DNA of 64,000 bases from Monocercomonoides exilis PA203. Its lineage: Eukaryota > Protista > Preaxostyla. Shown in pieces: positions 1 through 12,870 of the stretch. A program made the translations under genes and the position numbers. The first letter of the stretch is position 1, and each line of letters starts with the position of its first letter. The notes below the pieces were generated by a model. It made no database searches and was not told the DNA's origin. It saw only the letters and a list, made by a program, of their open reading frames with translations. Location: NCBI GenBank assembly GCA_001643675.2, contig LSRY02000037.1, forward strand, positions 930,001 through 994,000. Reading direction: 5' to 3'.

Positions 1-3000
1 CCTTTCACCAACAGGAACTGAGAAAGGGTGCAATCCTCAATTGCAAGACTCCCTCCTTCCACTCTCATAACACAATACTTCATCTCTCTCCTTTCCTCAG
101 AACAATCAATCGAACAACTCACAACTGAAAGCATTGCAGAGGAAGATGAAGATTGAATGAATGACGAATGTCTCCCTAATTCATTTGGCATTGTGAATGA
201 TAGGTTCTTGAATGAAGCAATAACATTCGAAACAACCATCGATTCACCTTCTCCATTTCCATTCATTTCTCTCACTTTCAAAACTGTCCCTTTCTTTTCT
301 CCTTCAATTGTCACAATGGGAGTTTCTGTTAATGAAGGAGGTGATGGAAATGATATTCCTCTGTTGAGTACTCCTGCTCCAACAATGTTGATGTGTGATT
401 CCCCTTCTCCAAGTGTTGGATATCGAAATGATATCAAGTGGTCAATCGATGAGCATGGTGCTTCTGAAAATCCACATCCACTGAAGTCTCCTCCTTTTTC
501 ATTCGAAACAAACCCATTCCCACTCCAGTTGCTCCACAAATACACAACCAGTGGAATCACATATCCCTCTCCTATTGTCTTCCTCTCCCACCCACACAGC
601 TCATCCAACGATCCCAACACCTCTTCCTTTATCACCCATTTGAAGCGCTCCTTGTTCACAATCTCACTCAGATCCCGTCCTGAAACAAACATATTCTTCC
701 CTTTCCAGGCATTGCATCCCTCAAATTCCATCCCTTCCATCACAAATGTTCCCATCTCATCTGCCAGCTTCACAAACATCCCTCCTCCCATTCCTCTCCC
801 TCCATCCTCAACATCCTCTCTTGGCACTTCACACCCTGAATATTTCACATTCTTCATTTCCAAACTCCCTCCCTTCCCCACTGATATCTTCATCCCTCCT
901 CCTTTCATCCCACTCCCTCCTGAACACACTGATGACAAATTGCATCCTTCAATATTCACAATCCCATTAACTCCCATCTCCACATTCAAACATCCTCCTC
1001 CATTCCCACCTTCCACCTCCACTCCACTCACTCTGCTGTTCAAGATCTCCAATTTCACTCCATCACTTATCGTTATTGGTGATTTCTCATTCATTGCCAG
1101 TGTCACTCCACTTTCCATCACAAACCCATTCATAATTAATTCTCCTCCCTCAATACTTATCACGTTGTATCCTATCTTTCCATCAGTCAATGAGCCACTT
1201 TCAAATGAGACTGAACAGTTCGTCACACTGAGTGTTGATGTTGAATGAATGAATGCACTTCTCCTCGAATTCAACTGACCTTTCACAACAAATGAAAGTC
1301 TGCTCATTGTCAGTGAACCCGTACATCCAACAAGCCAGTCTTGTGTGTCTGATCCTCCATCACTCACATTCACTCCCATCCTCTCCCCCGCTGATGATGT
1401 TATTCTGCCTGAAATTAACACACCAAATGATGGTACTGTTATTTCCTTCGTTATTGACGAAGATGAGACAACTTCTATTTCATTCACAGTGCTGCTCATT
1501 CTTGAGTTCGCACAATAATCAACTGTCAAACACCTGAATGCCTCAAATCCACAATGGTTGTGATCCATCCCATTTCCTCCACCCCCATCAACAAGCACTT
1601 TTGCCCCCATTGTGCACAAATACACAAACAGTGGAATCACTCCACTTTCATTTCCATCCTCACTCCCACTCAGTCTCAACACATCTGATGGAATTTCACT
1701 TGCATCAAAAAAGGCAAATGAAGTTGCATTTATTTTTGATTCTAAAAGCACCCCATCCCCACAATAAACAAACACATCCTTCCCAAACGAGGCGTCATTC
1801 TCCTTCACTTTCGAAAACTCAACATTCTCTCCAATTATCAATCCACATCCCTCACTCTCTATCCCCACAAATAATCCTCCTCCTCTCCCCCCATTTCCTC
1901 CATCACTCCCTGCCTTGCATCCATCAATCACACTTGTTCCATTCACAACTATATCTCCATCACCTGTCAAATACACGTTCATTCCCCCTCCATTTCCCTC
2001 CTCGCACTCACAATCCTCTATTGTTATGTTGCTCACCACAAATGTCTCTTCTGACTTCACACTCTTTGCCACAACAACTCCATCTCCACTCCTCAACTTC
2101 ACATTCCGAATTGTCAAATTTGCCAAAACACTTTCTTCTGATGAATGTTCTGGCTCAGAAAATAATGGTTCTGAGACATTCATATCTTTGATCTCCACAT
2201 CAACCATTGACAGCTGTGATAGCAGTACCACAAACAAAGACGATGATATCACATAGTCTCCTGTTTTACTCGTGGTGATCACAACATCTTCCAATGAGAG
2301 TGACCCACCTCCATCAGACACCACAACCACACTCGGTGAAGTTTCTGCAGCTGAGTTGCAATCAACCTTCATGTGCAATAAACCAAGGTTTCCCGTCGTC
2401 ACACTGAACAGTGCTCCAGTTGATAAAAGTGCACCTGTTCCAATCGAACTCTCCGTCCTCCCTTTCCCAATGACTGAAATCTTCTTTGATCCTATCTTAA
2501 TTGTTGTTGTCTCACTTTGATGATTCCCGTCCATCAGCTTGACTGACAGACTCACTTGAATCACGCTCTTTTCAACTGCAACACCAATAGTTTTGCATGC
2601 ATATGATTCGTTCGCACCACAAAACTCTTCTGCGTTTCCTCCACTCACAACCACGAATCGATTGAGAATCCCTCTCTTCAGCCAATCCTTCTTTTCTGTG
2701 TGCTGATATGTCCAACCCTTAGAATCCGTATAATTATATCCGTAGCACACTCTCTGTTCATCTGTGTTTGTTGTGTAACATTCAAAAAATGAGTTATTTT
2801 GAGATAAATATATACTGTAGAAATCATAATACATCACATCACGCCCATGTGGAGTGGCTGCAATGCATTTGCATTCGTGAAAAAACAAAAAATAACAATA
2901 ATAATTATCATTTGCCGCTGTTGCTCGATTTGGATGAAACTGTAATCCCCCTCCATAACCCATTGCTGAGCATGAAATAAACTGAATACTCCTCATTTTG

Positions 3001-4529
3001 AATGGATCTGGGACAGAATCACAGCGAATTCCTCCCCCATCATTTCCAGTAACTGAGCATGAAGTGAAACCGCACTCAAACACACACGCACTTTCCCCTC
3101 CTTCTTTTTCTGTATCAATGCATCCTGTTCCTGAACAATTAATATCTTCAAGATCAAGACCTCCTCCATGGCTATTTGCTTTGCAACTCTGGAATTCACA
3201 CCCGCTGATCCGAACACATGATGAAACTGCCACGACGCACATTCCTCCTCCAGCACTTATTTGAGCTATGCATGAGTTGAATGAGTTGTTTTCAATCTCA
3301 ACAGATTTAATGTTTGCACACATGACTCCTCCTCCAGCATAAAATGCCGCACATCCATTAAAAGAACAGTGAGTGACGATTAGAATTCCATTCTCCATAT
3401 TGAACATGTAAATTGCTCCACCATTTGAAGTTCCATCAGAGAAATCTTTATTTGTTCCTGTTGTCTTCGATCCGTTCCATTCGCACCAAATGAATGAATT
3501 AGCTCCATTGGTTGTTGTATTTTGCCTCCCTGGATGCTGTTTAGCATCTTTCGACCCGATGAATTGAACATTTCTTGTTCTGCAACAGCAAGTGAACGAG
3601 GTGTTTGAAGCAGTCAGAGAGGCAAATGGGTTGTTGAGAGAAGGGACAATTCCTCCATCATATGCATCGCAAACTGATGAAAATGAACAGCTGTTCATCA
3701 GACATGTGGTTTGGACTGACATTGTGGTTGAAGGTGAACATGCATCATTTGCTGTTGAGATGTTGAAAAATGTGAGTTGTGAGAAGGAAACAAGGGGAAT
3801 AGAGGGTGAAGAGAGGAATGGGGCTGAAGAAACACAAAAAGAGGAGAAATGAGAGGAGCAAACTAAAACATGACATTTTTCTGAATGAACCCCTTCAAAT
3901 GGTTTTGAAGAGAAGAGAGATGGGCATTTCTGAAAATGTGAATTCAAAGGGAATCGGAGAGATATGTTGGTGAACAGATCACAACTTCCACTCAAACAAA
4001 ATGGTGGCATTTCTCCTCCAATCTCAATCCTGCATCTGCTCACTTCGACGAAACATCCTTTCACTGCATTCAAGACGCTTTGACCATCATTTGGCACCAA
4101 TCCCAGGGAGTGGAGTTTTATTGAAGAATTGGCAAACATCAAACACCCTTCAATCCAACTTTCTCCCTCAAATCTTTGTTGTTTCCTTATTTTTCGTTCA
4201 TCAGACACGTTTGTTCCTCGAGCCATTTCATTTGGACTGGCTTCTCCGAATTTGAGTTTTTCATCATTCTCTTTTGACTCTCCAATCTTCCTTTTTTCGC
4301 ATTTCTTCGTTGTTTTCGTTCCACCTGCTCTTCCATCGTTGTTTGTTTCCAATCCAATTTCATTGGCAAAAACGTCCTTTTGAAAGGTGTCCGACCAATT
4401 TCTCTCGAGATCATCATCAATTCTTTCTTTCTTGTATTCCGTTGTCTGGAATATTTCTTCATTTGAAACGCCATTGCACATGCGCTGAGAAAATAATATG
4501 AAAACAAAACAGCATATTCCCGACAGCAT
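1..4529 (-). CDS. Large secreted/surface protein (Cys-rich, beta-helix/adhesin-like repeat family); 3' end runs off the window
   Basis: Manual translation of sampled stretches gives one consistent open minus frame from ATG 4529 (MLSGICCFVFILFSQRMCNG, signal-peptide-like) to position 1. It is missing from the ORF track, probably because no stop lies in the window. Motifs: WCEWNGS..GGAIYM, repeated GGGI/GGG.F, FCGANESYACKTIG, DHNHCGFEAFRCLTVDYC. The plus ORFs at 157-3852 are antisense shadows. Confidence 0.85.
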   Translation of the reverse strand, partial: MLSGICCFVFILFSQRMCNGVSNEEIFQTTEYKKERIDDDLERNWSDTFQKDVFANEIGLETNNDGRAGGTKTTKKCEKRKIGESKENDEKLKFGEASPNEMARGTNVSDERKIRKQQRFEGESWIEGCLMFANSSIKLHSLGLVPNDGQSVLNAVKGCFVEVSRCRIEIGGEMPPFCLSGSCDLFTNISLRFPLNSHFQKCPSLFSSKPFEGVHSEKCHVLVCSSHFSSFCVSSAPFLSSPSIPLVSFSQLTFFNISTANDACSPSTTMSVQTTCLMNSCSFSSVCDAYDGGIVPSLNNPFASLTASNTSFTCCCRTRNVQFIGSKDAKQHPGRQNTTTNGANSFIWCEWNGSKTTGTNKDFSDGTSNGGAIYMFNMENGILIVTHCSFNGCAAFYAGGGVMCANIKSVEIENNSFNSCIAQISAGGGMCVVAVSSCVRISGCEFQSCKANSHGGGLDLEDINCSGTGCIDTEKEGGESACVFECGFTSCSVTGNDGGGIRCDSVPDPFKMRSIQFISCSAMGYGGGLQFHPNRATAANDNYYCYFLFFHECKCIAATPHGRDVMYYDFYSIYLSQNNSFFECYTTNTDEQRVCYGYNYTDSKGWTYQHTEKKDWLKRGILNRFVVVSGGNAEEFCGANESYACKTIGVAVEKSVIQVSLSVKLMDGNHQSETTTIKIGSKKISVIGKGRTESSIGTGALLSTGALFSVTTGNLGLLHMKVDCNSAAETSPSVVVVSDGGGSLSLEDVVITTSKTGDYVISSSLFVVLLSQLSMVDVEIKDMNVSEPLFSEPEHSSEESVLANLTIRNVKLRSGDGVVVAKSVKSEETFVVSNITIEDCECEEGNGGGMNVYLTGDGDIVVNGTSVIDGCKAGSDGGNGGRGGGLFVGIESEGCGLIIGENVEFSKVKENDASFGKDVFVYCGDGVLLESKINATSFAFFDASEIPSDVLRLSGSEDGNESGVIPLFVYLCTMGAKVLVDGGGGNGMDHNHCGFEAFRCLTVDYCANSRMSSTVNEIEVVSSSSITKEITVPSFGVLISGRITSSAGERMGVNVSDGGSDTQDWLVGCTGSLTMSRLSFVVKGQLNSRRSAFIHSTSTLSVTNCSVSFESGSLTDGKIGYNVISIEGGELIMNGFVMESGVTLAMNEKSPITISDGVKLEILNSRVSGVEVEGGNGGGCLNVEMGVNGIVNIEGCNLSSVCSGGSGMKGGGMKISVGKGGSLEMKNVKYSGCEVPREDVEDGGRGMGGGMFVKLADEMGTFVMEGMEFEGCNAWKGKNMFVSGRDLSEIVNKERFKWVIKEEVLGSLDELCGWERKTIGEGYVIPLVVYLWSNWSGNGFVSNEKGGDFSGCGFSEAPCSSIDHLISFRYPTLGEGESHINIVGAGVLNRGISFPSPPSLTETPIVTIEGEKKGTVLKVREMNGNGEGESMVVSNVIASFKNLSFTMPNELGRHSSFIQSSSSSAMLSVVSCSIDCSEERREMKYCVMRVEGGSLAIEDCTLSQFLLVK

Positions 4530-6995
4530 TGAGCCCTGCACCCAAGTGAAATCTCCTTTTCTTTTTTTCCTGAATTCCTTTTTTTAATATGGGTTAAACA
4601 CTTTGAAAATATTGATTTCAATAGTGAAATTGTATTTCTATGAAAAGTTGTTTTTTTTCCCAATTCATTTCCAAAGAATATGAATTTTCATTTTGATCAA
4701 ATAAATAATATTAATTGAGAATTCAACAATTTTGATGTGTTGATATTTCATCAACCAACAAGTGTACAGCGATATAATGTGATTTCTATGATGTTGCATT
4801 TTATTTAGAAGCATCTGAGAGAGATTTACTTGCATATTCAAATGTAACAATTGGTCAGTGGATTGTTTTTCAAAACATAAGTTTATTTAAAGAATTAAAG
4901 AGCTTTTGGAGAAATATTTAAAATTTCATATCGCAGTGTGATATTTTAAATTAATTGAGAATTTGTGTTTTTGAACTTTCAAATTTCAGAAACAATGATT
5001 GATTTCTGAATATTAGTTTGAAAAGCGAATCCTGGCCGAAATGAACATTTTCAATCAAAGAAATGATCCACACAGGATTCATTTATTCAATGATACGCAT
5101 TTTGCATTTTTTGAAATGTGGATGCATTTTGCATGCTTTGAGCAGAAAAAGATGCTATTTCAGTCAAAAGAGATTCGCCAAGGGCTGAAACACTTGAAAA
5201 TGGACATTTTTAGCCAAAGCACTTAATTTATTGGAAAAGACGTATGATGAATAAAATGTTTGCCAAAATTTTATTTTTTCGAACAATTTCAAGAAAGCAA
5301 AACCATTTACTTGATTATTTATTGTAATGAAAATTCACACCTGCTATTGTATATTTATATTTTTTATTTCAATAGAACAATACGAGAACAATGGATAACG
5401 TCTTATGTGCCTTGTTTCTGACAGATTTGTTTGACAAATTGCTTTGGTGAAAGAGGCAAAGGAAGAAAAATGAGTAGATGAATGCCAGGAGCTTTGGAAA
5501 AGTGGAGAAATGATGAAGTGAGATAGAAAATGGATGAATGATTTTTTTTTTTTCTTTTTGGTGGAACAAATGGAAAAATGCGTTGGGCGTGAGGGACGAT
5601 TTGGGATTGGATTGCTGTTGAAGTGAAGAAAGAACAAGAATTATGCTGATGATTGCGCAACGAAGGCACTGGATAGAAACTTGAAGTGAAGGAGATATCA
5701 CTTTGATTTCATGTTCTATTTGTGTGGGTCAGCATTGAATGAGAATGCTTGGAAGCAGCAGGAGTGGAAAGAGTTATGAGCGAATTTGGGTGAGGATGAT
5801 TGAGAGAGAGAGAGAGAGAGAGAAATGCAAAGCAGAGGAAAAAGAGAATCAACCACAGCAGCAGAAGGAGATTTGGATGCACAAATCGTCATATTCACAG
5901 GAGCAACAAAGTTTCATTCGGAACGTGAAAAAAAGGAATCATGAGCTGTCGACGAATAAAGTTTGCGTTCAATGAAATTTCTTTTTCTTCAACACAACAG
6001 TCTCCAAGCACCCCTCAAACATCATCAACTCCTTTCTCACAATCTTCACTGATTGCTTTGGAAGAGCATGAAAAACACAAAATGAGTGGATCATCTTCCG
6101 CCACTATTGATTTTAAGCCACAGTTCACTTCTTCCTCTCTTGTGAATTCTGGGAGGAAAATCAATTCAACTTGTGGTGATTGAGCAGCAGAGAAGAAGAA
6201 GAAGAAGAGAAAGGGAAAGAATCAGAATATATTTTTTACACATTGGCCATATGTTCTGTCATTGTTGTCAATTTGTTCTTCTCCAACTTCATCGTCTTCT
6301 TCTTTTTCATCTATCTCTTCGTTTTTCTTCTTCGACAACTCCTTCCATTTTCATCTGTTTTGTTCTTCAATCTTTTTTGTTTCATATATCTTTTCCTTCA
6401 CTGAATTGGAAAGATACAAAATTCGATTGGATGAGCAGCCAATCTGGATCTGACTTTTCTGACTCTTTTGCGAGAAAAGCAAGGCAGCAAGACAAGAGAA
6501 ATGTCACTCTCTTCGTTGATGTCGCATGCACCTTCTATTCTTTTTCATTATTTTCATCATCAACATCTTCATCTTCAGCAACAATAACTTATTCTCAATT
6601 TGACCGAAACGCATGGATCAACCAGTTCTGCTTTCATAGCTTGTTTGAAGGATATTATTTCGTATACATCGCTCTTCTTCAAGTTCTCTTTCTTCATTGG
6701 ATTATTCACTCAACATGCTTCCAAATCAGCGTTCATGTGTAAATATTTATTTAATTTTATTATATTTCTGTTTCAAGCATTAGTATCACTCTAATGTTGA
6801 GCTTTTCAAGTCAGATATACTTGAACATGCAAGAGGAAAATTTGAAAGATTCGAAAGAAACATTTGAAACGATAAAAACCATTTTTTAACCATCGCTAAT
6901 ATTCAAAAATTGCAATAAAAATTCATCTTAAGTGAAGAACGAAAATAATACCAATAATTTTGATGTTTTAATGAAATTTTAAGTATTTGCAGTTA

Positions 6996-9539
6996 CAGTC
7001 AGTGCCAAAGCCGATCCTTGGTGCGAAACTCGATCCTTGCATAAACATTGATCTTGTTCATTTCTGTAAAATTATCTCTAAATTGTATTTTTAAAAGATA
7101 TTTCCAAGGCAGTTGCATCGAGAATAATCATTAATCAATTAAAAGAAACAACAAGAACACAATTCATTATTTTGGCTGATGTTTTTGAAACCAATGAATC
7201 TTTTATTTTTTGTGTTCACAACAATAAGAAATAAATCCAAATAATTTAATTTGTTATATTACGAATAAAAATAAATTATTAAAATTTAAAAATTAACAAA
7301 TACATCACTAATCAAAAGTTTCAATGTTTATTCATTTGATCATACAACGTATATCATGAGTTACTCAACATAACTTTATCCTCTTCAACTTCATCGCGAA
7401 CTCGCATCCAGCAAATATCGTTCCATTCATTCAACAACCAAAAAGATATTTGCTATACGCCGTGATCATTCACTGAAATTGCGAACCGTTGTTGGTGAAA
7501 ACATTATTTCGAAAGGTGCTTGGTTCAGAAGTGTAAAAGCGGAGAAGGAAGGAAGAGATGTTGGAGCAGATGGGCATCCTCTAATAATTTACGCGCGCCA
7601 GCTCGAAATAATTGAAAATCAAGTCCTTGTCAAATTATCAGAAAAAGAAACAATAAAAGTGCACGATGTCCAGAACATGGTTTGATTTATTTTTTTTCTT
7701 TTCTTTTCTTTTCAGAAAAATTTTTCTAAGTGTGCGGATATTCTTGAAAAAGAGTGTGGTGAAAATAAAGAACCAAAAAAACTCAACGAAATGTACGCAT
7801 ACAAGCTATTAAAAAGAAGCGAAATTATTCATGCAGCATTATCGAAACCTATTGAGTTATCAAAAATTGCAGCTCAATCGCCAGAGAATGTGAGACAGTG
7901 GTTTGGAGAATTGTCTGAGATTATTAGCAGGAATAACATTGATTCATCGAGAATATTTGATATTGTTGAATCTTCGTTGAATTTGAGTGAATGCACAAGC
8001 AAACTGGTTGATTGTCTAAAAAATCAAATTCTGCCTGCTTCAACAGCTCCTCCAAAAGTTCCTAATTCAACTTTGTGTCTGTATGTCTGTGCAGATGGCT
8101 CTTCACTTCAGCGATTTCTCCTTTGGCCCATGAAAAGTTCACCACAAGAATTTTCTTCGCTTTATGCATTTGACATCAAAGTTCTTCCTTCTTCATCTGG
8201 TTGGATTACAAAAGAAATATTTAAAAACATCATGATCAATTACTGGACACCTGCGATTGTTTCAAAAGTTGAGCCAACGACGACACATAAAGTCCTGTTC
8301 CTAATGAATAATCATGTAACTCATTCAGACGATTGTGTGGCAGATTTTGCAGAGAAATTCAATATTATTTTGAAGAGTTTTCTACCAAATATGACCCATC
8401 TCTTGCAACCGTGCGACTCGTGCATATTTTCTCGTATGAAAGCAACTCTATGCAATAAATTTCACGTCCCTATTCCGTTTTCGATTCATTCCTACAGATC
8501 TTCCCTTGCCGACACACTCCCTGAAGCAGTTGTTGTTGCGGTAAAGCCTTCGACTATAAAAGCAGCGTTCAAAAAAACAGGCGTATGGCCTGTTGCAGCT
8601 GCCCCAGTCTTGGATCGCATATCTGGATCCCCCATCCATATTCACAAATGCAATTCTGAAACATCTGTTTACTCGCAAGATTGGAGAGAAGAGTTGTTTG
8701 TGAATTATTCTCCTCATAGAAATAAACAACTATCTTCTGTTCAATCTTCATAACATTCATCTCTCCACGATTCTGAAAAAACAAAAGAACGTCCAACATT
8801 GATTGTTAATCACAGAAAATATTCAACAAACGAAAATTCCACTGAAGAAAAATCATCAGAAGAAGCAAAAGAGATGGATGATTCAGAGCTAATGAAACAA
8901 ATTGAATCAACAAAAGAGCATTCACATTTTCTTCAAAAACAGCTGATGAAAATTAGAAAACAAACTTCATCTTCTTCTGAAAAGAATCCTTAGAATAAAC
9001 ATAGTCGACAAGAACTTAATGAAATGTTGAATAAAGAACAAGCAAAGGAAAAAAAGGAATCGAGAAAAAAAGCAAAGAGAATGATTGAAATACTCAAAGA
9101 CGATGAAAAAGAAGTGAAATCAACTTCAAAAAATGAAAACAGAGATTTTGATCAACCACCCAGAGAAATTTCTCCTTCATTCAATTCGAAAGAGAAACGC
9201 ATTTGAGAAACATTCTTATCAAAATACAACTGCAGCATAAAACTCTAGCCTTCACACAATTTTGAGGAACTAACTAGAAGTCTTCTTTTTGTAGAATTGC
9301 TTCATATCGATTATTTTTAACTATTCAAATAATGATGCTAAAACAAAATGTATTTTCTTTGTTCGTTATTTCATAAGAAAATTTCAAAATATGTTGCCAA
9401 ATACCTGGTTTCAACGAATAGTTAAATATATTTGGTCTTTAATTGAAAATATATTAAACAACTTCGAAAAATGATTGCATTCTCTCTTTCTCTCTCTTGG
9501 TTCGTGTTTCGCACCTAGGATCGGCTTTGGCACCGACTG
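6996..9539 (+). mobile_element. pogo/Fot-like (IS630-Tc1-mariner superfamily) DNA transposon 1
   Basis: 41-bp TIRs: CAGTCAGTGCCAAAGCCGATCCTTGGTGCGAAACTCGATCC (6996-7036) and its near-exact inverse (9499-9539). TA on both sides (6994-95, 9540-41). Internal DDE_1-type transposase. Confidence 0.95.
7356..9206 (+). pseudogene. Degenerate DD35D transposase with one intron (7680-7730)
   Basis: The N-terminal exon (…GRDVGADGHP…VQNM) splices in phase 0 to the 7791-8753 ORF (SGWITKEIF, LPNMTHLLQPCD). The first two catalytic Asp are replaced (DIVES, LMNNH), with 35 residues to the last D. In-frame TAA at 8751 and TAG at 8991; exon 1 has a stop and a frameshift. Confidence 0.85.
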
Positions 9540-10139
9540 TAATTTTCGAAAATCTTGATTTTTTGAAAATTTGTGTTTTTTGCTCAAAAATATTCTCATT
9601 TCATTCAAAAAGCAGGACCCAAAGTGCAAAAACATGTGATAACATATAAATGAAATGTTGATAAAAAATTTTTCATTGAAGAGAGTTTATTTTGCAATTC
9701 TCCAAAAACACTCATTAGTCATTTTTTGATTCAAATCATCAATCAGTTCTCTTGTCGCGGTTGATTCTTCATATGTCTTTCGTAAATCTTTTTCTTTCAT
9801 AATTGCAAAGCCTTGCCTAAAGAAATTCTGTATTATCTGTGTTCTTTGCAACAAAACTGCTTGCTCCAGCTTTTATCAGATCTTTCTGAAAAAAACGTAT
9901 ATGTTGAGTTTGGGTTTCATTTGGAGCTGTTGTCTGATCCGACGATAATCTCAAAAAGCTTCTTGTGTTCATCGAAGCTCAGCAGTAGTATCTTCTACGT
10001 CTTCTTTGTATTCTTCATTTTCTTTAAACTGGTGCAGCATGTCGATCAACTTCGCCATTCCGGAGGCGGAGAAGTGAAGAGAAAAAAATAGAAAAAAAAA
10101 AGTCATCATTAAAGTCATTTGCGCATGCGATTGATCATT

Positions 10140-10650
10140 CAGATACCTGTCCGGTTGAGAAATCATACGCTTCGGCAGCAGCAACGGATTGTGGAACCTG
10201 AGGCGGCTGGGGTGTGTGGGCGGCACATACCGCGGTCGCTGCAGCTGCGGAGCAGTGTTGTGGTGTAAAGTGCGGTGCTGTATGGGGGAGTTATGAATGC
10301 CTGCGATGTGGTGCTTTCGACTATTCTTTCGGTTCATCTGGTGGAGCCGCTTTCTTTCTTGCAGCGTTTGTGGATAACGAAGTTGCGGAGAAAACACATC
10401 TTTGTGGCGGCAGATGTGAATGCGTTCCCGTCGATCTTCCATCAGTTTGACCAGCCGCTTCTACCATCGGCGATAGCGCGGCTTGTGTCGCGATCGCCGC
10501 AGTCGAGGCGTGTGGTGGTGAGGCAGGATTACGAAGTGTGAGGCGATGAGCGGTTCTATGAAGGATTGAGGATAAAGTGGAGAAGGGACTGGAGGAATCA
10601 GAAATGAGGATGGGGGATGAGGTTTTTTCGATGGAAGCAGTGATTGAACT
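10140..10650 (+). pseudogene. Decayed fragment resembling an SF1B (Upf1/Nam7/DNA2-like) helicase
   Basis: GC-rich island with frameshifted remnants VWAAHTAVAA (motif Ia-like), CDVVLSTILS (Ib-like) and ERFYEGL (the FYxGxL seen after motif IV). No Walker A seen. Confidence 0.35.
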
Positions 10651-10860
10651 GGCTGTGCTGAAGGAGTGAAAACAAGCGGAGGAAGGAGAACTATTCAGCA
10701 GGATAAGCAGATGAGTGTTTGAGCATTTCTGCAATGAAGTTTTACCAAAATTATTAGATCTGTGAAGCTGTTGTAAAAAAAAATGAGCGAATTACTTGTT
10801 TATAAATGAGGAAAAAGACAAATCCGATGAAGAAGCAAGGGGAAAAAGTTGTTTGATTTA

Positions 10861-12870
10861 GGGTCATCTTTTTATTGGCACTTTTTTCTTTATTGGCACT
10901 TTTTTTTTTAAATAAAAATTAATCTGACCCACAAATGATATTTTAAAATATTTTTTTGGAATACATACAAATGTGATATAATCGAATATTTGAATTTTGA
11001 AAGAAATCCAATTTCTCAAGGGGGGAAATGGGGGGGTTCAAGTCCTTCCATTGAGCTTTCATGAGAAATTGGACTGCACAAAGGTTTGTAAATATTTCTT
11101 ATTCATTCAAAATTTTAAATATTAATTAAAAATTCTTCAATGAGAATTAATAAATAAAAATATTTATTAACGATCATTACCCATAATATATAAATGAAAT
11201 TACTAGTGAAAAAGAAAGCTGAAGCGGCGCAGAAGCGGCTGAAGTAAGCAATGTCTGCATTTCGTTACAGAAAATATAGTTCAAGATTAGAAAGCATTGC
11301 ACACATTGTTAATGACAATGTTATCAGGCTGGTCGATGGTGTTAAATACTGTAGAATAAGCAAATAATCTTTGGAGCACGCAGTTAAAGCAATTTAAAGC
11401 GGCAGGCCTGTTGCAAAAGTTGGTCATCCACCAATTATTAGCGGTGAAAAAGAAAAGCAATTCTTGGAAGAAGTTACAATAGAATCTCGATCTGGAACAA
11501 GCCTCACATTACGAAAAGCGCGCGATCTGGTTTGCTGTTGATATTTGAATTGTTTATTAATTTGTAATTAGATGGAAAACATAATTAACGATAGTGAAGA
11601 AGAAGGGGAAAAAGAAGAAAAATAAAGAAAAATTGTAACTCTGAAGACAGTTCACGCATTCATAAAGCACCATCCAGAATTGAAGTCCTCGCTGCCAAAG
11701 CAAGTTGATATTAACAGACTTGCAGCATCTTGCCAGAAAGTCCTAAAGCCGTGGTTCGCCAAATTACAAGCATTGCACGATGCAAACAAATATCCAGAGG
11801 AATTTATCTTCAACGTCGATGGATCTTCGCTTCGAATTCCAACTTCAACACGTGGCGTTGCTGTTCATCCTGCAGATGAACAAGCTGGGTTCAAAAAGAC
11901 TGCCGAAAGGATGCCGAATGCCACTCTTGTTGCTGGAATCGCTACTGATAACTTCTCGCTTCCGTCTGTCGTGCTGTGGCCGAGCGCAATTCTTCCGAAA
12001 GAACTGACAACACTGTTAACGCCGTCGCTTGACATTTGGCCAAACACAAACGGCTGGATGGATAGAGCATCATTCTTAAAATCCACCTTGACAGTTCTTC
12101 TGTCAGCTATCATTGACAGAAGAAAGCGAATTCTTAAAGAAACTCATCGTTGCCTTCTTCTCCTGGATTCACACTCATCGCGGGCAGATCCAACGATATG
12201 GAGACAGTTCAAGGAAGCCGAAATAGACGTCGTCACATTTGTTCCACACACCACGCACATATCGCAGCCGCTGGACAGAGGCGTATTTGCAGTATTGAAG
12301 TCAGAGCTATCAAACAATTACAACTCTCCGTCATCCACATCCTCATCTTCAAAAAGAACAGTTGTTGCAGATGTGTTGCCACAAGCCCTTCACACAGCAT
12401 TAACCCCTTCAGTCATCAAAAAAGCCTTCATTAACAGTGGAGTCCTCAGCAATGGATCTGGATCTGTGTTGATGAAGCTTCCTCAGTCTTCTCAATGCTT
12501 CATTCCTTCTCATTCACATTGTTTCGACTTCTTCGGAAAAGAAATAACAAAAGAAAAGCTTCTTGATGAATGGGATGAATATAATGAAAAACACAAGATG
12601 AAAATTGAAGAAATTGAAGAAAAAGAAAAGGAAATTGAAGAAGAAGAATTGCCTTTGGAGAAAAAAGTGAAAAGAAAATTTAGAAAAATTAAGAATGATA
12701 ACGATGAAACAAGTGATGAATTTGACCCCTTTGAACGTGAAAATGGAAAAAGAAAAGAAAGAAGAGTAATTGATTCGAGTTTTGTATTTTTTTGATGTGT
12801 TTTAACCTTTTTTCCAATTCAAAAAATTTTGGTGCCAATAAAGAAAAAAGTGCCAATAAAAGGATGACAC
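10861..12870 (+). mobile_element. pogo/Fot-like DNA transposon 2
   Basis: ~39-bp TIRs: GGGTCATCTTTTTATTGGCACTTTTTTCTTTATTGGCAC and GTGCCAATAAAGAAAAAAGTGCCAATAAAAGGATGACAC. TA flanks at 10859-60 and 12871-72. Confidence 0.95.
11251..12795 (+). pseudogene. DD35D transposase with intron 11530-11571 and three in-frame TAA in the N-terminal part
   Basis: ATG 11251 MSAFRYRK…GRPVAKVGHPP…ARDL | GTTTGC…AATTAG | MENI… joins the 11680 ORF in frame. Catalytic motifs FNVDGSS, LLLDSHSS and SQPLD, with 35 residues between the last two D. Confidence 0.88.

Noticed and set aside
157-4501. Plus-strand Pro/Ser-rich ORFs
   Set aside because: Antisense shadows of the minus-strand surface-protein gene.
5940-6790. 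Possible minus-strand gene remnant (acidic, low complexity)
   Set aside because: Many stops and no recognisable family; cannot be supported.
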